A stretch of 64,000 nucleotides of DNA. Origin: Eledone cirrhosa. Taxonomy: Eukaryota. The DNA is taken from NCBI GenBank assembly GCA_964016885.1, contig OZ024744.1, forward strand, positions 105,214,001-105,278,000, read 5' to 3'. Made by a program: the position numbers and the translations under genes. The notes below the pieces were generated by a model that was not told where the DNA came from, searched no databases, and was given only the letters and a program-made list of their open reading frames with translations. How positions within the stretch are numbered: the first letter of the stretch is position 1; every line of letters begins with the position of its first letter. Positions 24,501 to 37,861 of this stretch are shown here, one piece after another.

Positions 24501-27500
24501 TCTACAGTTGTATGCCGTCTATGACTAGTCTGTGTCTACGGTTGTATGCCGTCTATGACTAGTCTGTGTCTACGGTTGTATGCCGTCAATGACTAGACTG
24601 TGTCTACAGTTGTATGCCATCTATGACTAGTCTGTGTCTACTGCTGTATGCAGTCTATGACTAGTCTGTGTCTACGGTTGTATGCAGGCTATGACTAGTC
24701 ATTGTCTACGGTTGTATGCAGGTTATGACTAGTCTGTGTCTACGGTTGTATGCCGTCTATGACTAGTCTGTGTCTACAGTTGTATGCCGTCTATGACTAG
24801 TCTGTGTCTTCGGTTGTATGCCGTCTATGACTAGTCTGTGTGTACGGTTGTATTCCGTCTATGACTAGTCTGTGTCTACGGTTTATGCCGTCTATGACTA
24901 GTCTGTGTCTACGGTTGTATGCCATCTATGACTAGTCTGTGTGTACGGTTGTATGCCGTCTATGACTAGTCTGTGTCTACGGTTGTATGCCGTCTATGAC
25001 TAGTCTGTGTCTACGGTTGTATGCCGTCTATGACTAGTCTGTGTCTACGGTTGTATGCCGTCTATGACTAGAATGTGTCTACGGCTGTATGCCATCTATG
25101 ACTAGTGTGTGTGTAATGTTGTATGCCGTCTATGACTAGTCTGTGTCTACGCTTGTATGCCGTCTATGACTAGTCTGTGTGTACGGTTGTATGCCGTCTA
25201 TGACTAGTCTGTGTCTACGGTTGTATGCCGTCTATGACTAGTCTGTGTCTACGGTTGTATGCCCTCTTTGACTAGTCTGTGTCTACGGTTGTATGCCGTC
25301 TATGACTAGTCTGTGTCTACTGTTGTATGCAGTCTATGACTAGTCTGTGTCTACGGTTATATCCCGTCTATGACTAGTCTGTGTCTACGGTTGTATGCCG
25401 TCTATGACTAGTCTGTGTCTACGGTTGTATGCCGTCTATGACTAGTCTGTGTCTACGGTTGTATGCCGTCTATGACTAGTCTGAGTCTACGGTTGTATGC
25501 AGTCTATGGCTAGTCTGTGTCTACGGTTGTATGCCGTCTATGACTAGTCTGTGTCTACGGTTGTATGCCGTCTATGACTAGTGTGTGTCTACAGTTGTAT
25601 GCCGTCTATGACTAGTCTGTGTCTACAGTTGTATGCCGTCTATGACTAGTCTGTGTCAACGGTTGTATGCCGTCTATGACTAGTCTGTGTGTACGATTGT
25701 ATGCCGTCTATGACTAGTCTGTGTCTACGGTTGTATGCCGTCTATGACTAGTCTGTGTGTACGGTTGTATGCAGTCTATGACTAGTCTGTGTCTACTGTT
25801 GTATGCCGTCTGTGACTAGTCTGTGTGTACGGTTGTATGCAGTCTATGACTAGTCTGTGTCTACGGTTGTATGCCGTCTATGGCTAGTCTGTGTGTACGG
25901 TTGTATGCCGTCTAAGACTAGTCTGTGTCTACAGTTGAATGCCGTCGATGACTATTCTGTGTCTACAGTTGTATGCCGTCTATGACTTGTCTGTGTGTAC
26001 GGTTGTATGCCGTCTATGACTAGTCTGTGTCTGCAGTTGTATGCCGTCTATGACTAGTTTGTGTCTACGGTTGTATGCAGTCTATGACTAGTCTGTGTCT
26101 ACGGTTGTATGCCGTCTATGACTAGTCTGTGTCTACAGTTGTATGCCGTCTATGACTAGTCTGTGTCTTCGGTTGTATGCCGTCTATGACTAGTCTGTCT
26201 ACGGTTGTATGCCGTCTATGACTAGTCTGTGTCTACAGTTGTATGTCGTCTATGACTAGTCTGTGTCTACGGTTGTATGCCGTCTATGACTATTCTGTGT
26301 CTATGGTTGAATGCCGTCTATGACTAGTCTGTGTCTACGGTTGTATGCCGTCTATGATTAGTCTGATCCACGGTTGTATGCCGTCTATGACTAGTCTGAT
26401 CCACGGTTGTATGCCGTCTATGACTAGTCTGTGTCTTCAGTTGTATGCCGTTTATGACTAGTCTGTGTGTACGGTTGTATGCCGTCTATGACTAGTCTGT
26501 GTCTACGGTTGTATGCCGTCTATGACTAGTCTGTGTCTACGGTTGTATGCCGTCTCTGACTAGTTTGTGTCTACGGTTGTATGCAGTCTATGACTAGTCT
26601 GTGTGTTCGGTTGTATGCCGTCTATGACTAGTCTGAGTCTACGGTTGTATGCAGTCTATGACTAGTCTGTGTCTACAGTTGTATGCCGTTTATGACTAGT
26701 CTGTGTGTACGGTTGTATGCCGTCTATGACTAGTCTGTGTCTACAGTTGTATGCCGTCTATGACTAGTCTGTGTCTACAGTTGTATACCGTCTATGACTT
26801 GTCTATGTCTACAGTTGTATGCCGTCTATGACTAGTCTATGTCTACGGTTGTATGCTGTCTATGACTAGTCTGTGTCTACGGTTGTATGCCGTCTATGAC
26901 TAGTCTGTGTCTACGGTTGTATGCCGTCTATGACTAGTCTGTGTCTACGGTTGTATGTCGTCTATGACTAGTCTGAGTCTACGGTTGTATGCAGTCTATG
27001 ACTAGTCTGTGTCTACGGTTGTATGCCGTCTATGACTAGTCTGTGTCTACGGTTGTATGCCGTCTATGACTAGTGTGTGTCTACAGTTGTATGCCGTCTA
27101 TGACTAGTCTGTGTCTACAGTTGTATGCCGTCTATGACTAGTCTGTGTCAACGGTTGTATGCCGTCTATGACTAGTCTGTGTGTACGGTTGTATGCCGTC
27201 TATGACTAGTCTGTGTGTACGGTTGTATGCAGTCTATGACTAGTCTGTGTCTACGGTTGTATGCCGTCTATGGCTAGTCTGTGTGTACGGTTGTATGCCG
27301 TCTATGACTAGTCTGTGTCTACAGTTGTATGCCGTCGATGACTAGTCTTTGTGTACGGTTGTATGCCGTCTATGACTAGTCTGTGTCTGCAGTTGTATGC
27401 CGTCTATGACTAGTTTGTGTCTACGGTTGTATGCAGTCTATGACTAGTCTGTGTCTACGGTTTTATGCCATCTATGACTAGTCTGTGTCTACAGTTGTAA

Positions 27501-28824
27501 GCCGTCTATGACTAGTCTGTGTCTTCGGTTGTATGCCGTCTATGACTAGTCTGTGTCTACAGTTGTATGCCGTCTATGACTAGTCTGTGTCTACGGTTGT
27601 ATGCCGTCTATGACTATTCTGTGTCTATGGTTGAATGCCGTCTATGACTAGTCTGTGTCTACGGTTGTATGCCGTCTATGATTAGTCTGATCCACGGTTG
27701 TATGCCGTCTATGACTAGTCTGATCCACGGTTGTATGCCGTCTATGACTAGTCTGTGTCTTCAGTTGTATGCCGTTTATGACTAGTCTGTTTGTACGGTT
27801 GTATGCCGTCTATGACTAGTCTGTGTCTACGGTTGTATGCCGTCTATGACTAGTCTGTGTCTACGGTTGTATGCCGTCTATGACTAGTCTGTGTCTACGG
27901 TTGTATGCAGTCTATGACTAGTCTGTGTGTTCGGTTGTATGCCGTCTATGACTAGTCTAAGTCTACGGTTGTATGCAGTCTATGACTAGTCTGTGTCTAC
28001 AGTTGTATGCCGTTTATGACTAGTCTGTGTGTACGGTTGTATGCCGTCTATGACTAGTCTGTGTCTACAGTTGTATGCCGTCTATGACTAGTCTGTGTCT
28101 ACAGTTGTATACCGTCTATGACTTGTCTATGTCTACAGTTGTATGCCGTCTATGACTAGTCTGTGTCTACGGTTGTATGCCGTCTATGACTAGTCTGTGT
28201 CTACGGTTTTATGCCGTCTATGACTAGTCTGTGTCTACGGTTGTATGCTGTCTATGACTAGTCTGTGTCTACTGCTGTATGCAGTCTATGACTAAACTGT
28301 GTCTACGGTTGTATGCAGGCTATGACTAGTCTGTGTCTACCGTTGTATGCAGTGTATGACTAGTCTGTGTGTTCGGTTGTATGCCGTCTATGACTAGTCT
28401 GAGTCTACGGTTGTATGCAGTCTATGACTAGTCTGTGTCTACAGTTGTATGCCGTTTATGACTAGTCTGTGTGTACGGTTGTATGCCGTCTATGACTAGT
28501 CTGTGTGTACGGTTGTATGCCGTCTATGACTAGTCTGTGTCTACGGTTGTATGCCGTCTATGACTAGTCTGATCCACGGTTGTATGCCGTCTATGACTAG
28601 TCTGTGTCTACGGTTGTATGCAGTCTATGACTAGTCAGTGTCTACGGTTGTATGGCGTCTATGACTAGTGGGTGTCTACGGTTGTATGCCATCTATGACT
28701 AGTCTGTGTCTACAGTTGTATGCCATCTATGACTAGTCTGTGTCAACAGTTGTATACTGTCTATGACTAGTCTGTGTCTACGGTTGTATGCCGTCTATGA
28801 CTAGTCTGTCTGTACGGTTGTATG

Positions 28825-30224
28825 CCGTCTATGACTAGTCTGTGTGTACGGTTGTATGCTGTCTATGACTAGTCTGTGTGTACGGTTGTATGCCGTCTAT
28901 GACTAGTCTGTGTGTACGGTCGTATGCCGTCTATGACTAGTCTGAGTCTACGGTTGTATGCCGTCTATGACTAGTCTGTGTGTACGGTTCTATGCCGTCT
29001 ATGACTAGTCTGTGTCTAGGGTTGTATGCCGTCTATGACTAGTCTGTGTGTACGGTTGTATGCCGTCTATGACTAGTCTGTGTATACGGTTGTATGCCGT
29101 CTATGACTAGTCTGTGTCTACGGTTGTATGCCGTCTATGACTAGTCTGTGTCTACAGTTGTATGCCGTCTCTGACTAGTCTGTGTCTACGGTTGTATGCC
29201 GTCTATGACTAGTCTGTGTCTACAGTTGTATGCCGTCTCTGACTAGTCTGTGTCTACGGTTGTATGCCGTCTATGACTAGTCTGTGTCTACGGTTGTATG
29301 CCGTCTATGACTAGTCTGTGTCTACGGTTGTATGCCGTCTATGACTAGTCTGTGTCTACAGTTGTATGCCGTCTATGACTAGTCTGTGTCTACGGTTGTA
29401 TGCCGTCTATGACTAGTCTATGTCTACAGATTTATGCCGTCTCTGACTAGTCTGTGTCTACGGTTGTATGCCGTCTATGCCTGGTCTGTGTCTACGGTTG
29501 TATGCCGTCTATGACTAGTCTGTGTCTACAATTGTATGCCGTCTATGACTAGTCTGTGTCTACGGTTGTATGCTGTCTATGACTAGTCTGTGTCTACTGC
29601 TGTATGCAGTCTATGACTAGTCTGTGTCTACGGTTGTATGCAGGCTATGACTAGTCTGTGTCTACGGTTGTATGCCGTCTATGACTAGTCTGTGTGTACG
29701 GTTGTATGCCGTCTATGACTAGTCTTTGTGTACGGTTGTATGCCGTCTATGACTAGTCTGTGTGTACGGTTGTATTCCGTCTATGACTAGTCTGTGTGTA
29801 CGGTTGTATGCCGTCTATGACTAGTCTGAGTCTACGGTTGTATGCCGTCTATGACTAGTCTGTGTGTACGGTTCTATGCCGTCTATGACTAGTCTGTTTC
29901 TAGGGTTGTATGCCGTCTATGACTAGTCTGTGTGTACGGTTGTATGCCGTCTATGACTAGTCTGTGTATACGGCTGTATGCCGTCTATGACTAGTCTGTG
30001 TCTACGGTTGTATGCCGTCTATGACTAGTCTGTGTCTACAGTTGTATGCCGTCTATGACTAGTCTGTGTCTACGGTTGTATGCCGTCTATGACTAGTCTG
30101 TGTCTACACTTGTATGCCGTCTCTGACTAGTCTGTGTCTACGGTTGTATGCCGTCTATGACTAGTCTGTGTCTACGGTTGTATTCCGTCTATGACTAGTC
30201 TGTGTCTACGGTTTATGCCGTCTA
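28825..30224. repeat. Variant-monomer block type C, copy 2
   Basis: Same ordered private variants as 14171-15570 at offset 14,654. Confidence 0.85.
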
Positions 30225-33200
30225 TGACTAGTCTGTGTCTACGGTTGTATGCCATCTATGACTAGTCTGTGTGTACGGTTGTATGCCGTCTATGACTAGT
30301 CTGTGTCTACGGTTGTATGCCGTCTATGACTAGTCTGTGTCTACAGTTGTATGCCGTTTATGACTAGTCTGTGTGTACGGTTATATGCCGTCTATGACTA
30401 GTCTGTGTCTACAGTTGTATGCCGTCTATGACTAGTCTGTGTCTACAGTTGTATGCCGTCTATGACTAGTCTGTGTCTACAGTTGTATACCGTCTATGAC
30501 TTGTCTATGTCTACAGTTGTATGCCGTCTATGACTAGTCTGTGTCTACGGTTGTATGCCGTCTATAACTAGTCTGTGTCTACGGTTGTATGCCGTCAATG
30601 ACTAGACTGTGTCTACAGTTGTATGCCATCTATGACTAGTCTGTGTCTACTGCTGTATGCAGTCTATGACTAGTCTGTGTCTACGGTTGTATGCAGGCTA
30701 TGACTAGTCATTGTCTACGGTTGTATGCAGGTTATGACTAGTCTGTGTCTACGGTTGTATGCCGTCTATGACTAGTCTGTGTCTACAGTTGTATGCCGTC
30801 TATGACTAGTCTGTGTCTTCGGTTGTATGCCGTCTATGACTAGTCTGTGTGTACGGTTGTATTCCGTCTATGACTAGTCTGTGTCTACGGTTTATGCCGT
30901 CTATGACTAGTCTGTGTCTACGGTTGTATGCCATCTATGACTAGTCTGTGTGTACGGTTGTATGCCGTCTATGACTAGTCTGTGTCTACGGTTGTATGCC
31001 GTCTATGACTAGTCTGTGTCTACGGTTGTATGCCGTCTATGACTAGTCTGTGTCTACGGTTGTATGCCGTCTATGACTAGAATGTGTCTACGGCTGTATG
31101 CCATCTATGACTAGTGTGTGTGTAATGTTGTATGCCGTCTATGACTAGTCTGTGTCTACGCTTGTATGCCGTCTATGACTAGTCTGTGTGTACGGTTGTA
31201 TGCCGTCTATGACTAGTCTGTGTCTACGGTTGTATGCCGTCTATGACTAGTCTGTGTCTACGGTTGTATGCCCTCTTTGACTAGTCTGTGTCTACGGTTG
31301 TATGCCGTCTATGACTAGTCTGTGTCTACTGTTGTATGCAGTCTATGACTAGTCTGTGTCTACGGTTATATCCCGTCTATGACTAGTCTGTGGGTACGAT
31401 TGTATGCTGTCTATGACTAGTCTGTGTCTACGGTTGTATGCCGTCTATGACTAGTCTGTGTCTACGGTTGTATGCCGTCTATGACTAGTCTGTGTCTACG
31501 GTTGTATGCCGTCTATGACTAGTCTGAGTCTACGGTTGTATGCAGTCTATGGCTAGACTGTGTCTACGGTTGTATGCCGTCTATGACTAGTCTGTGTCTA
31601 CGGTTGTATGCCGTCTATGACTAGTGTGTGTCTACAGTTGTATGCCGTCTATGACTAGTCTGTGTCTACAGTTGTATGCCGTCTATGACTAGTCTGTGTC
31701 AACGGTTGTATGCCGTCTATGACTAGTCTGTGTGTACGGTTGTATGCCGTCTATGACTAGTCTGTGTCTACGGTTGTATGCCGTCTATGACTAGTCTGTG
31801 TGTACGGTTGTATGCAGTCTATGACTAGTCTGTGTCTACTGTTGTATGCCGTCTGTGACTAGTCTGTGTGTACGGTTGTATGCAGTCTATGACTAGTCTG
31901 TGTCTACAGTTGTATGCCGTCTATGGCTAGTCTGTGTGTACGGTTGTATGCCGTCTAAGACTAGTCTGTGTCTACAGTTGAATGCCGTCGATGACTAGTC
32001 TGTGTCTACAGTTGTATGCCGTCTATGACTAGTCTGTGTGTACGGTTGTATGCCGTCTATGACTAGTCTGTGTCTGCAGTTGTATGCCGTCTATGACTAG
32101 TTTGTGTCTACGGTTGTATGCAGTCTATGACTAGTCTGTGTCTACGGTTGTATGCCGTCTATGACTAGTCTGTGTCTACAGTTGTATGCCGTCTATGACT
32201 AGTCTGTGTCTTCGGTTGTATGCCGTCTATGACTAGTCTGTCTACGGTTGTATGCCGTCTATGACTAGTCTGTGTCTACAGTTGTATGCCGTCTATGACT
32301 AGTCTGTGTCTACGGTTGTATGCCGTCTATGACTATTCTGTGTCTATGGTTGAATGCCGTCTATGACTAGTCTGTGTCTACGGTTGTATGCCGTCTATGA
32401 TTAGTCTGATCCACGGTTGTATGCCGTCTATGACTAGTCTGATCCACGGTTGTATGCCGTCTATGACTAGTCTGTGTCTTCAGTTGTATGCCGTTTATGA
32501 CTAGTCTGTGTGTACGGTTGTATGCCGTCTATGACTAGTCTGTGTCTACGGTTGTATGCCGTCTATGACTAGTCTGTGTCTACGGTTGTATGCCGTCTAT
32601 GACTAGTTTGTGTCTACGGTTGTATGCAGTCTATGACTAGTCTGTGTGTTCGGTTGTATGCCGTCTATGACTAGTCTGAGTCTACGGTTGTATGCAGTCT
32701 ATGACTAGTCTGTGTCTACAGTTGTATGCCGTTTATGACTAGTCTGTGTGTACGGTTGTATGCCGTCTATGACTAGTCTGTGTCTACAGTTGTATGCCGT
32801 CTATGACTAGTCTGTGTCTACAGTTGTATACCGTCTATGACTTGTCTATGTCTACAGTTGTATGCCGTCTATGACTAGTCTATGTCTACGGTTGTATGCC
32901 CTCTTTGACTAGTCTGTGTCTACGGTTGTATGCCGTCTATGACTAGTCTGTGTCTACTGTTGTATGCAGTCTATGACTAGTCTGTGTCTACGGTTATATC
33001 CCGTCTATGACTAGTCTGTGTCTACGGTTGTATGCCGTCTATGACTAGTCTGTGTCTACGGTTGTATGCCGTCTATGACTAGTCTGTGTCTACGGTTGTA
33101 TGCCGTCTATGACTAGTCTGAGTCTACGGTTGTATGCAGTCTATGGCTAGTCTGTGTCTACGGTTGTATGCCGTCTATGACTAGTCTGTGTCTACGGTTG

Positions 33201-36200
33201 TATGCCGTCTATGACTAGTGTGTGTCTACAGTTGTATGCCGTCTATGACTAGTCTGTGTCTACAGTTGTATGCCGTCTATGACTAGTCTGTGTCAACGGT
33301 TGTATGCCGTCTATGACTAGTCTGTGTGTACGATTGTATGCCGTCTATGACTAGTCTGTGTCTACGGTTGTATGCCGTCTATGACTAGTCTGTGTGTACG
33401 GTTGTATGCAGTCTATGACTAGTCTGTGTCTACTGTTGTATGCCGTCTGTGACTAGTCTGTGTGTACGGTTGTATGCAGTCTATGACTAGTCTGTGTCTA
33501 CGGTTGTATGCCGTCTATGGCTAGTCTGTGTGTACGGTTGTATGCCGTCTAAGACTAGTCTGTGTCTACAGTTGAATGCCGTCGATGACTATTCTGTGTC
33601 TACAGTTGTATGCCGTCTATGACTTGTCTGTGTGTACGGTTGTATGCCGTCTATGACTAGTCTGTGTCTGCAGTTGTATGCCGTCTATGACTAGTTTGTG
33701 TCTACGGTTGTATGCAGTCTATGACTAGTCTGTGTCTACGGTTGTATGCCGTCTATGACTAGTCTGTGTCTACAGTTGTATGCCGTCTATGACTAGTCTG
33801 TGTCTTCGGTTGTATGCCGTCTATGACTAGTCTGTCTACGGTTGTATGCCGTCTATGACTAGTCTGTGTCTACAGTTGTATGTCGTCTATGACTAGTCTG
33901 TGTCTACGGTTGTATGCCGTCTATGACTATTCTGTGTCTATGGTTGAATGCCGTCTATGACTAGTCTGTGTCTACGGTTGTATGCCGTCTATGATTAGTC
34001 TGATCCACGGTTGTATGCCGTCTATGACTAGTCTGATCCACGGTTGTATGCCGTCTATGACTAGTCTGTGTCTTCAGTTGTATGCCGTTTATGACTAGTC
34101 TGTGTGTACGGTTGTATGCCGTCTATGACTAGTCTGTGTCTACGGTTGTATGCCGTCTATGACTAGTCTGTGTCTACGGTTGTATGCCGTCTCTGACTAG
34201 TTTGTGTCTACGGTTGTATGCAGTCTATGACTAGTCTGTGTGTTCGGTTGTATGCCGTCTATGACTAGTCTGAGTCTACGGTTGTATGCAGTCTATGACT
34301 AGTCTGTGTCTACAGTTGTATGCCGTTTATGACTAGTCTGTGTGTACGGTTGTATGCCGTCTATGACTAGTCTGTGTCTACAGTTGTATGCCGTCTATGA
34401 CTAGTCTGTGTCTACAGTTGTATACCGTCTATGACTTGTCTATGTCTACAGTTGTATGCCGTCTATGACTAGTCTATGTCTACGGTTGTATGCTGTCTAT
34501 GACTAGTCTGTGTCTACGGTTGTATGCCGTCTATGACTAGTCTGTGTCTACGGTTGTATGCCGTCTATGACTAGTCTGTGTCTACGGTTGTATGTCGTCT
34601 ATGACTAGTCTGAGTCTACGGTTGTATGCAGTCTATGACTAGTCTGTGTCTACGGTTGTATGCCGTCTATGACTAGTCTGTGTCTACGGTTGTATGCCGT
34701 CTATGACTAGTGTGTGTCTACAGTTGTATGCCGTCTATGACTAGTCTGTGTCTACAGTTGTATGCCGTCTATGACTAGTCTGTGTCAACGGTTGTATGCC
34801 GTCTATGACTAGTCTGTGTGTACGGTTGTATGCCGTCTATGACTAGTCTGTGTGTACGGTTGTATGCAGTCTATGACTAGTCTGTGTCTACGGTTGTATG
34901 CCGTCTATGGCTAGTCTGTGTGTACGGTTGTATGCCGTCTATGACTAGTCTGTGTCTACAGTTGTATGCCGTCGATGACTAGTCTTTGTGTACGGTTGTA
35001 TGCCGTCTATGACTAGTCTGTGTCTGCAGTTGTATGCCGTCTATGACTAGTTTGTGTCTACGGTTGTATGCAGTCTATGACTAGTCTGTGTCTACGGTTT
35101 TATGCCATCTATGACTAGTCTGTGTCTACAGTTGTAAGCCGTCTATGACTAGTCTGTGTCTTCGGTTGTATGCCGTCTATGACTAGTCTGTGTCTACAGT
35201 TGTATGCCGTCTATGACTAGTCTGTGTCTACGGTTGTATGCCGTCTATGACTATTCTGTGTCTATGGTTGAATGCCGTCTATGACTAGTCTGTGTCTACG
35301 GTTGTATGCCGTCTATGATTAGTCTGATCCACGGTTGTATGCCGTCTATGACTAGTCTGATCCACGGTTGTATGCCGTCTATGACTAGTCTGTGTCTTCA
35401 GTTGTATGCCGTTTATGACTAGTCTGTTTGTACGGTTGTATGCCGTCTATGACTAGTCTGTGTCTACGGTTGTATGCCGTCTATGACTAGTCTGTGTCTA
35501 CGGTTGTATGCCGTCTATGACTAGTCTGTGTCTACGGTTGTATGCAGTCTATGACTAGTCTGTGTGTTCGGTTGTATGCCGTCTATGACTAGTCTAAGTC
35601 TACGGTTGTATGCAGTCTATGACTAGTCTGTGTCTACAGTTGTATGCCGTTTATGACTAGTCTGTGTGTACGGTTGTATGCCGTCTATGACTAGTCTGTG
35701 TCTACAGTTGTATGCCGTCTATGACTAGTCTGTGTCTACAGTTGTATACCGTCTATGACTTGTCTATGTCTACAGTTGTATGCCGTCTATGACTAGTCTG
35801 TGTCTACGGTTGTATGCCGTCTATGACTAGTCTGTGTCTACGGTTTTATGCCGTCTATGACTAGTCTGTGTCTACGGTTGTATGCTGTCTATGACTAGTC
35901 TGTGTCTACTGCTGTATGCAGTCTATGACTAAACTGTGTCTACGGTTGTATGCAGGCTATGACTAGTCTGTGTCTACCGTTGTATGCAGTGTATGACTAG
36001 TCTGTGTGTTCGGTTGTATGCCGTCTATGACTAGTCTGAGTCTACGGTTGTATGCAGTCTATGACTAGTCTGTGTCTACAGTTGTATGCCGTTTATGACT
36101 AGTCTGTGTGTACGGTTGTATGCCGTCTATGACTAGTCTGTGTGTACGGTTGTATGCCGTCTATGACTAGTCTGTGTCTACGGTTGTATGCCGTCTATGA

Positions 36201-36461
36201 CTAGTCTGATCCACGGTTGTATGCCGTCTATGACTAGTCTGTGTCTACGGTTGTATGCAGTCTATGACTAGTCAGTGTCTACGGTTGTATGGCGTCTATG
36301 ACTAGTGGGTGTCTACGGTTGTATGCCATCTATGACTAGTCTGTGTCTACAGTTGTATGCCATCTATGACTAGTCTGTGTCAACAGTTGTATACTGTCTA
36401 TGACTAGTCTGTGTCTACGGTTGTATGCCGTCTATGACTAGTCTGTCTGTACGGTTGTATG

Positions 36462-37861
36462 CCGTCTATGACTAGTCTGTGTGTACGGTTGTATGCTGTC
36501 TATGACTAGTCTGTGTGTACGGTTGTATGCCGTCTATGACTAGTCTGTGTGTACGGTCGTATGCCGTCTATGACTAGTCTGAGTCTACGGTTGTATGCCG
36601 TCTATGACTAGTCTGTGTGTACGGTTCTATGCCGTCTATGACTAGTCTGTGTCTAGGGTTGTATGCCGTCTATGACTAGTCTGTGTGTACGGTTGTATGC
36701 CGTCTATGACTAGTCTGTGTATACGGTTGTATGCCGTCTATGACTAGTCTGTGTCTACGGTTGTATGCCGTCTATGACTAGTCTGTGTCTACAGTTGTAT
36801 GCCGTCTCTGACTAGTCTGTGTCTACGGTTGTATGCCGTCTATGACTAGTCTGTGTCTACAGTTGTATGCCGTCTCTGACTAGTCTGTGTCTACGGTTGT
36901 ATGCCGTCTATGACTAGTCTGTGTCTACGGTTGTATGCCGTCTATGACTAGTCTGTGTCTACGGTTGTATGCCGTCTATGACTAGTCTGTGTCTACAGTT
37001 GTATGCCGTCTATGACTAGTCTGTGTCTACGGTTGTATGCCGTCTATGACTAGTCTATGTCTACAGATTTATGCCGTCTCTGACTAGTCTGTGTCTACGG
37101 TTGTATGCCGTCTATGCCTGGTCTGTGTCTACGGTTGTATGCCGTCTATGACTAGTCTGTGTCTACAATTGTATGCCGTCTATGACTAGTCTGTGTCTAC
37201 GGTTGTATGCTGTCTATGACTAGTCTGTGTCTACTGCTGTATGCAGTCTATGACTAGTCTGTGTCTACGGTTGTATGCAGGCTATGACTAGTCTGTGTCT
37301 ACGGTTGTATGCCGTCTATGACTAGTCTGTGTGTACGGTTGTATGCCGTCTATGACTAGTCTTTGTGTACGGTTGTATGCCGTCTATGACTAGTCTGTGT
37401 GTACGGTTGTATTCCGTCTATGACTAGTCTGTGTGTACGGTTGTATGCCGTCTATGACTAGTCTGAGTCTACGGTTGTATGCCGTCTATGACTAGTCTGT
37501 GTGTACGGTTCTATGCCGTCTATGACTAGTCTGTTTCTAGGGTTGTATGCCGTCTATGACTAGTCTGTGTGTACGGTTGTATGCCGTCTATGACTAGTCT
37601 GTGTATACGGCTGTATGCCGTCTATGACTAGTCTGTGTCTACGGTTGTATGCCGTCTATGACTAGTCTGTGTCTACAGTTGTATGCCGTCTATGACTAGT
37701 CTGTGTCTACGGTTGTATGCCGTCTATGACTAGTCTGTGTCTACACTTGTATGCCGTCTCTGACTAGTCTGTGTCTACGGTTGTATGCCGTCTATGACTA
37801 GTCTGTGTCTACGGTTGTATTCCGTCTATGACTAGTCTGTGTCTACGGTTTATGCCGTCTA
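36462..37861. repeat. Variant-monomer block type C, copy 3
   Basis: Same ordered private variants, 7,637 bp after copy 2. Confidence 0.85.

Larger units (their letters stand above)
3560..30899. repeat. Large imperfect tandem duplication within the array (copy A ~3560-16245, copy B ~16246-30899)
   Basis: Shared rare markers at stepwise constant offsets: TACGTTTG 3681/16367 (12,686); GCTAGACTGTGTCTACGATT 4721/17611, GACAAG 10585/23475 and ATCCCGT 12471/25361 (12,890); GTCTAAG 13301/27955 and GGTTTA 16235/30889 (14,654). Confidence 0.85.
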
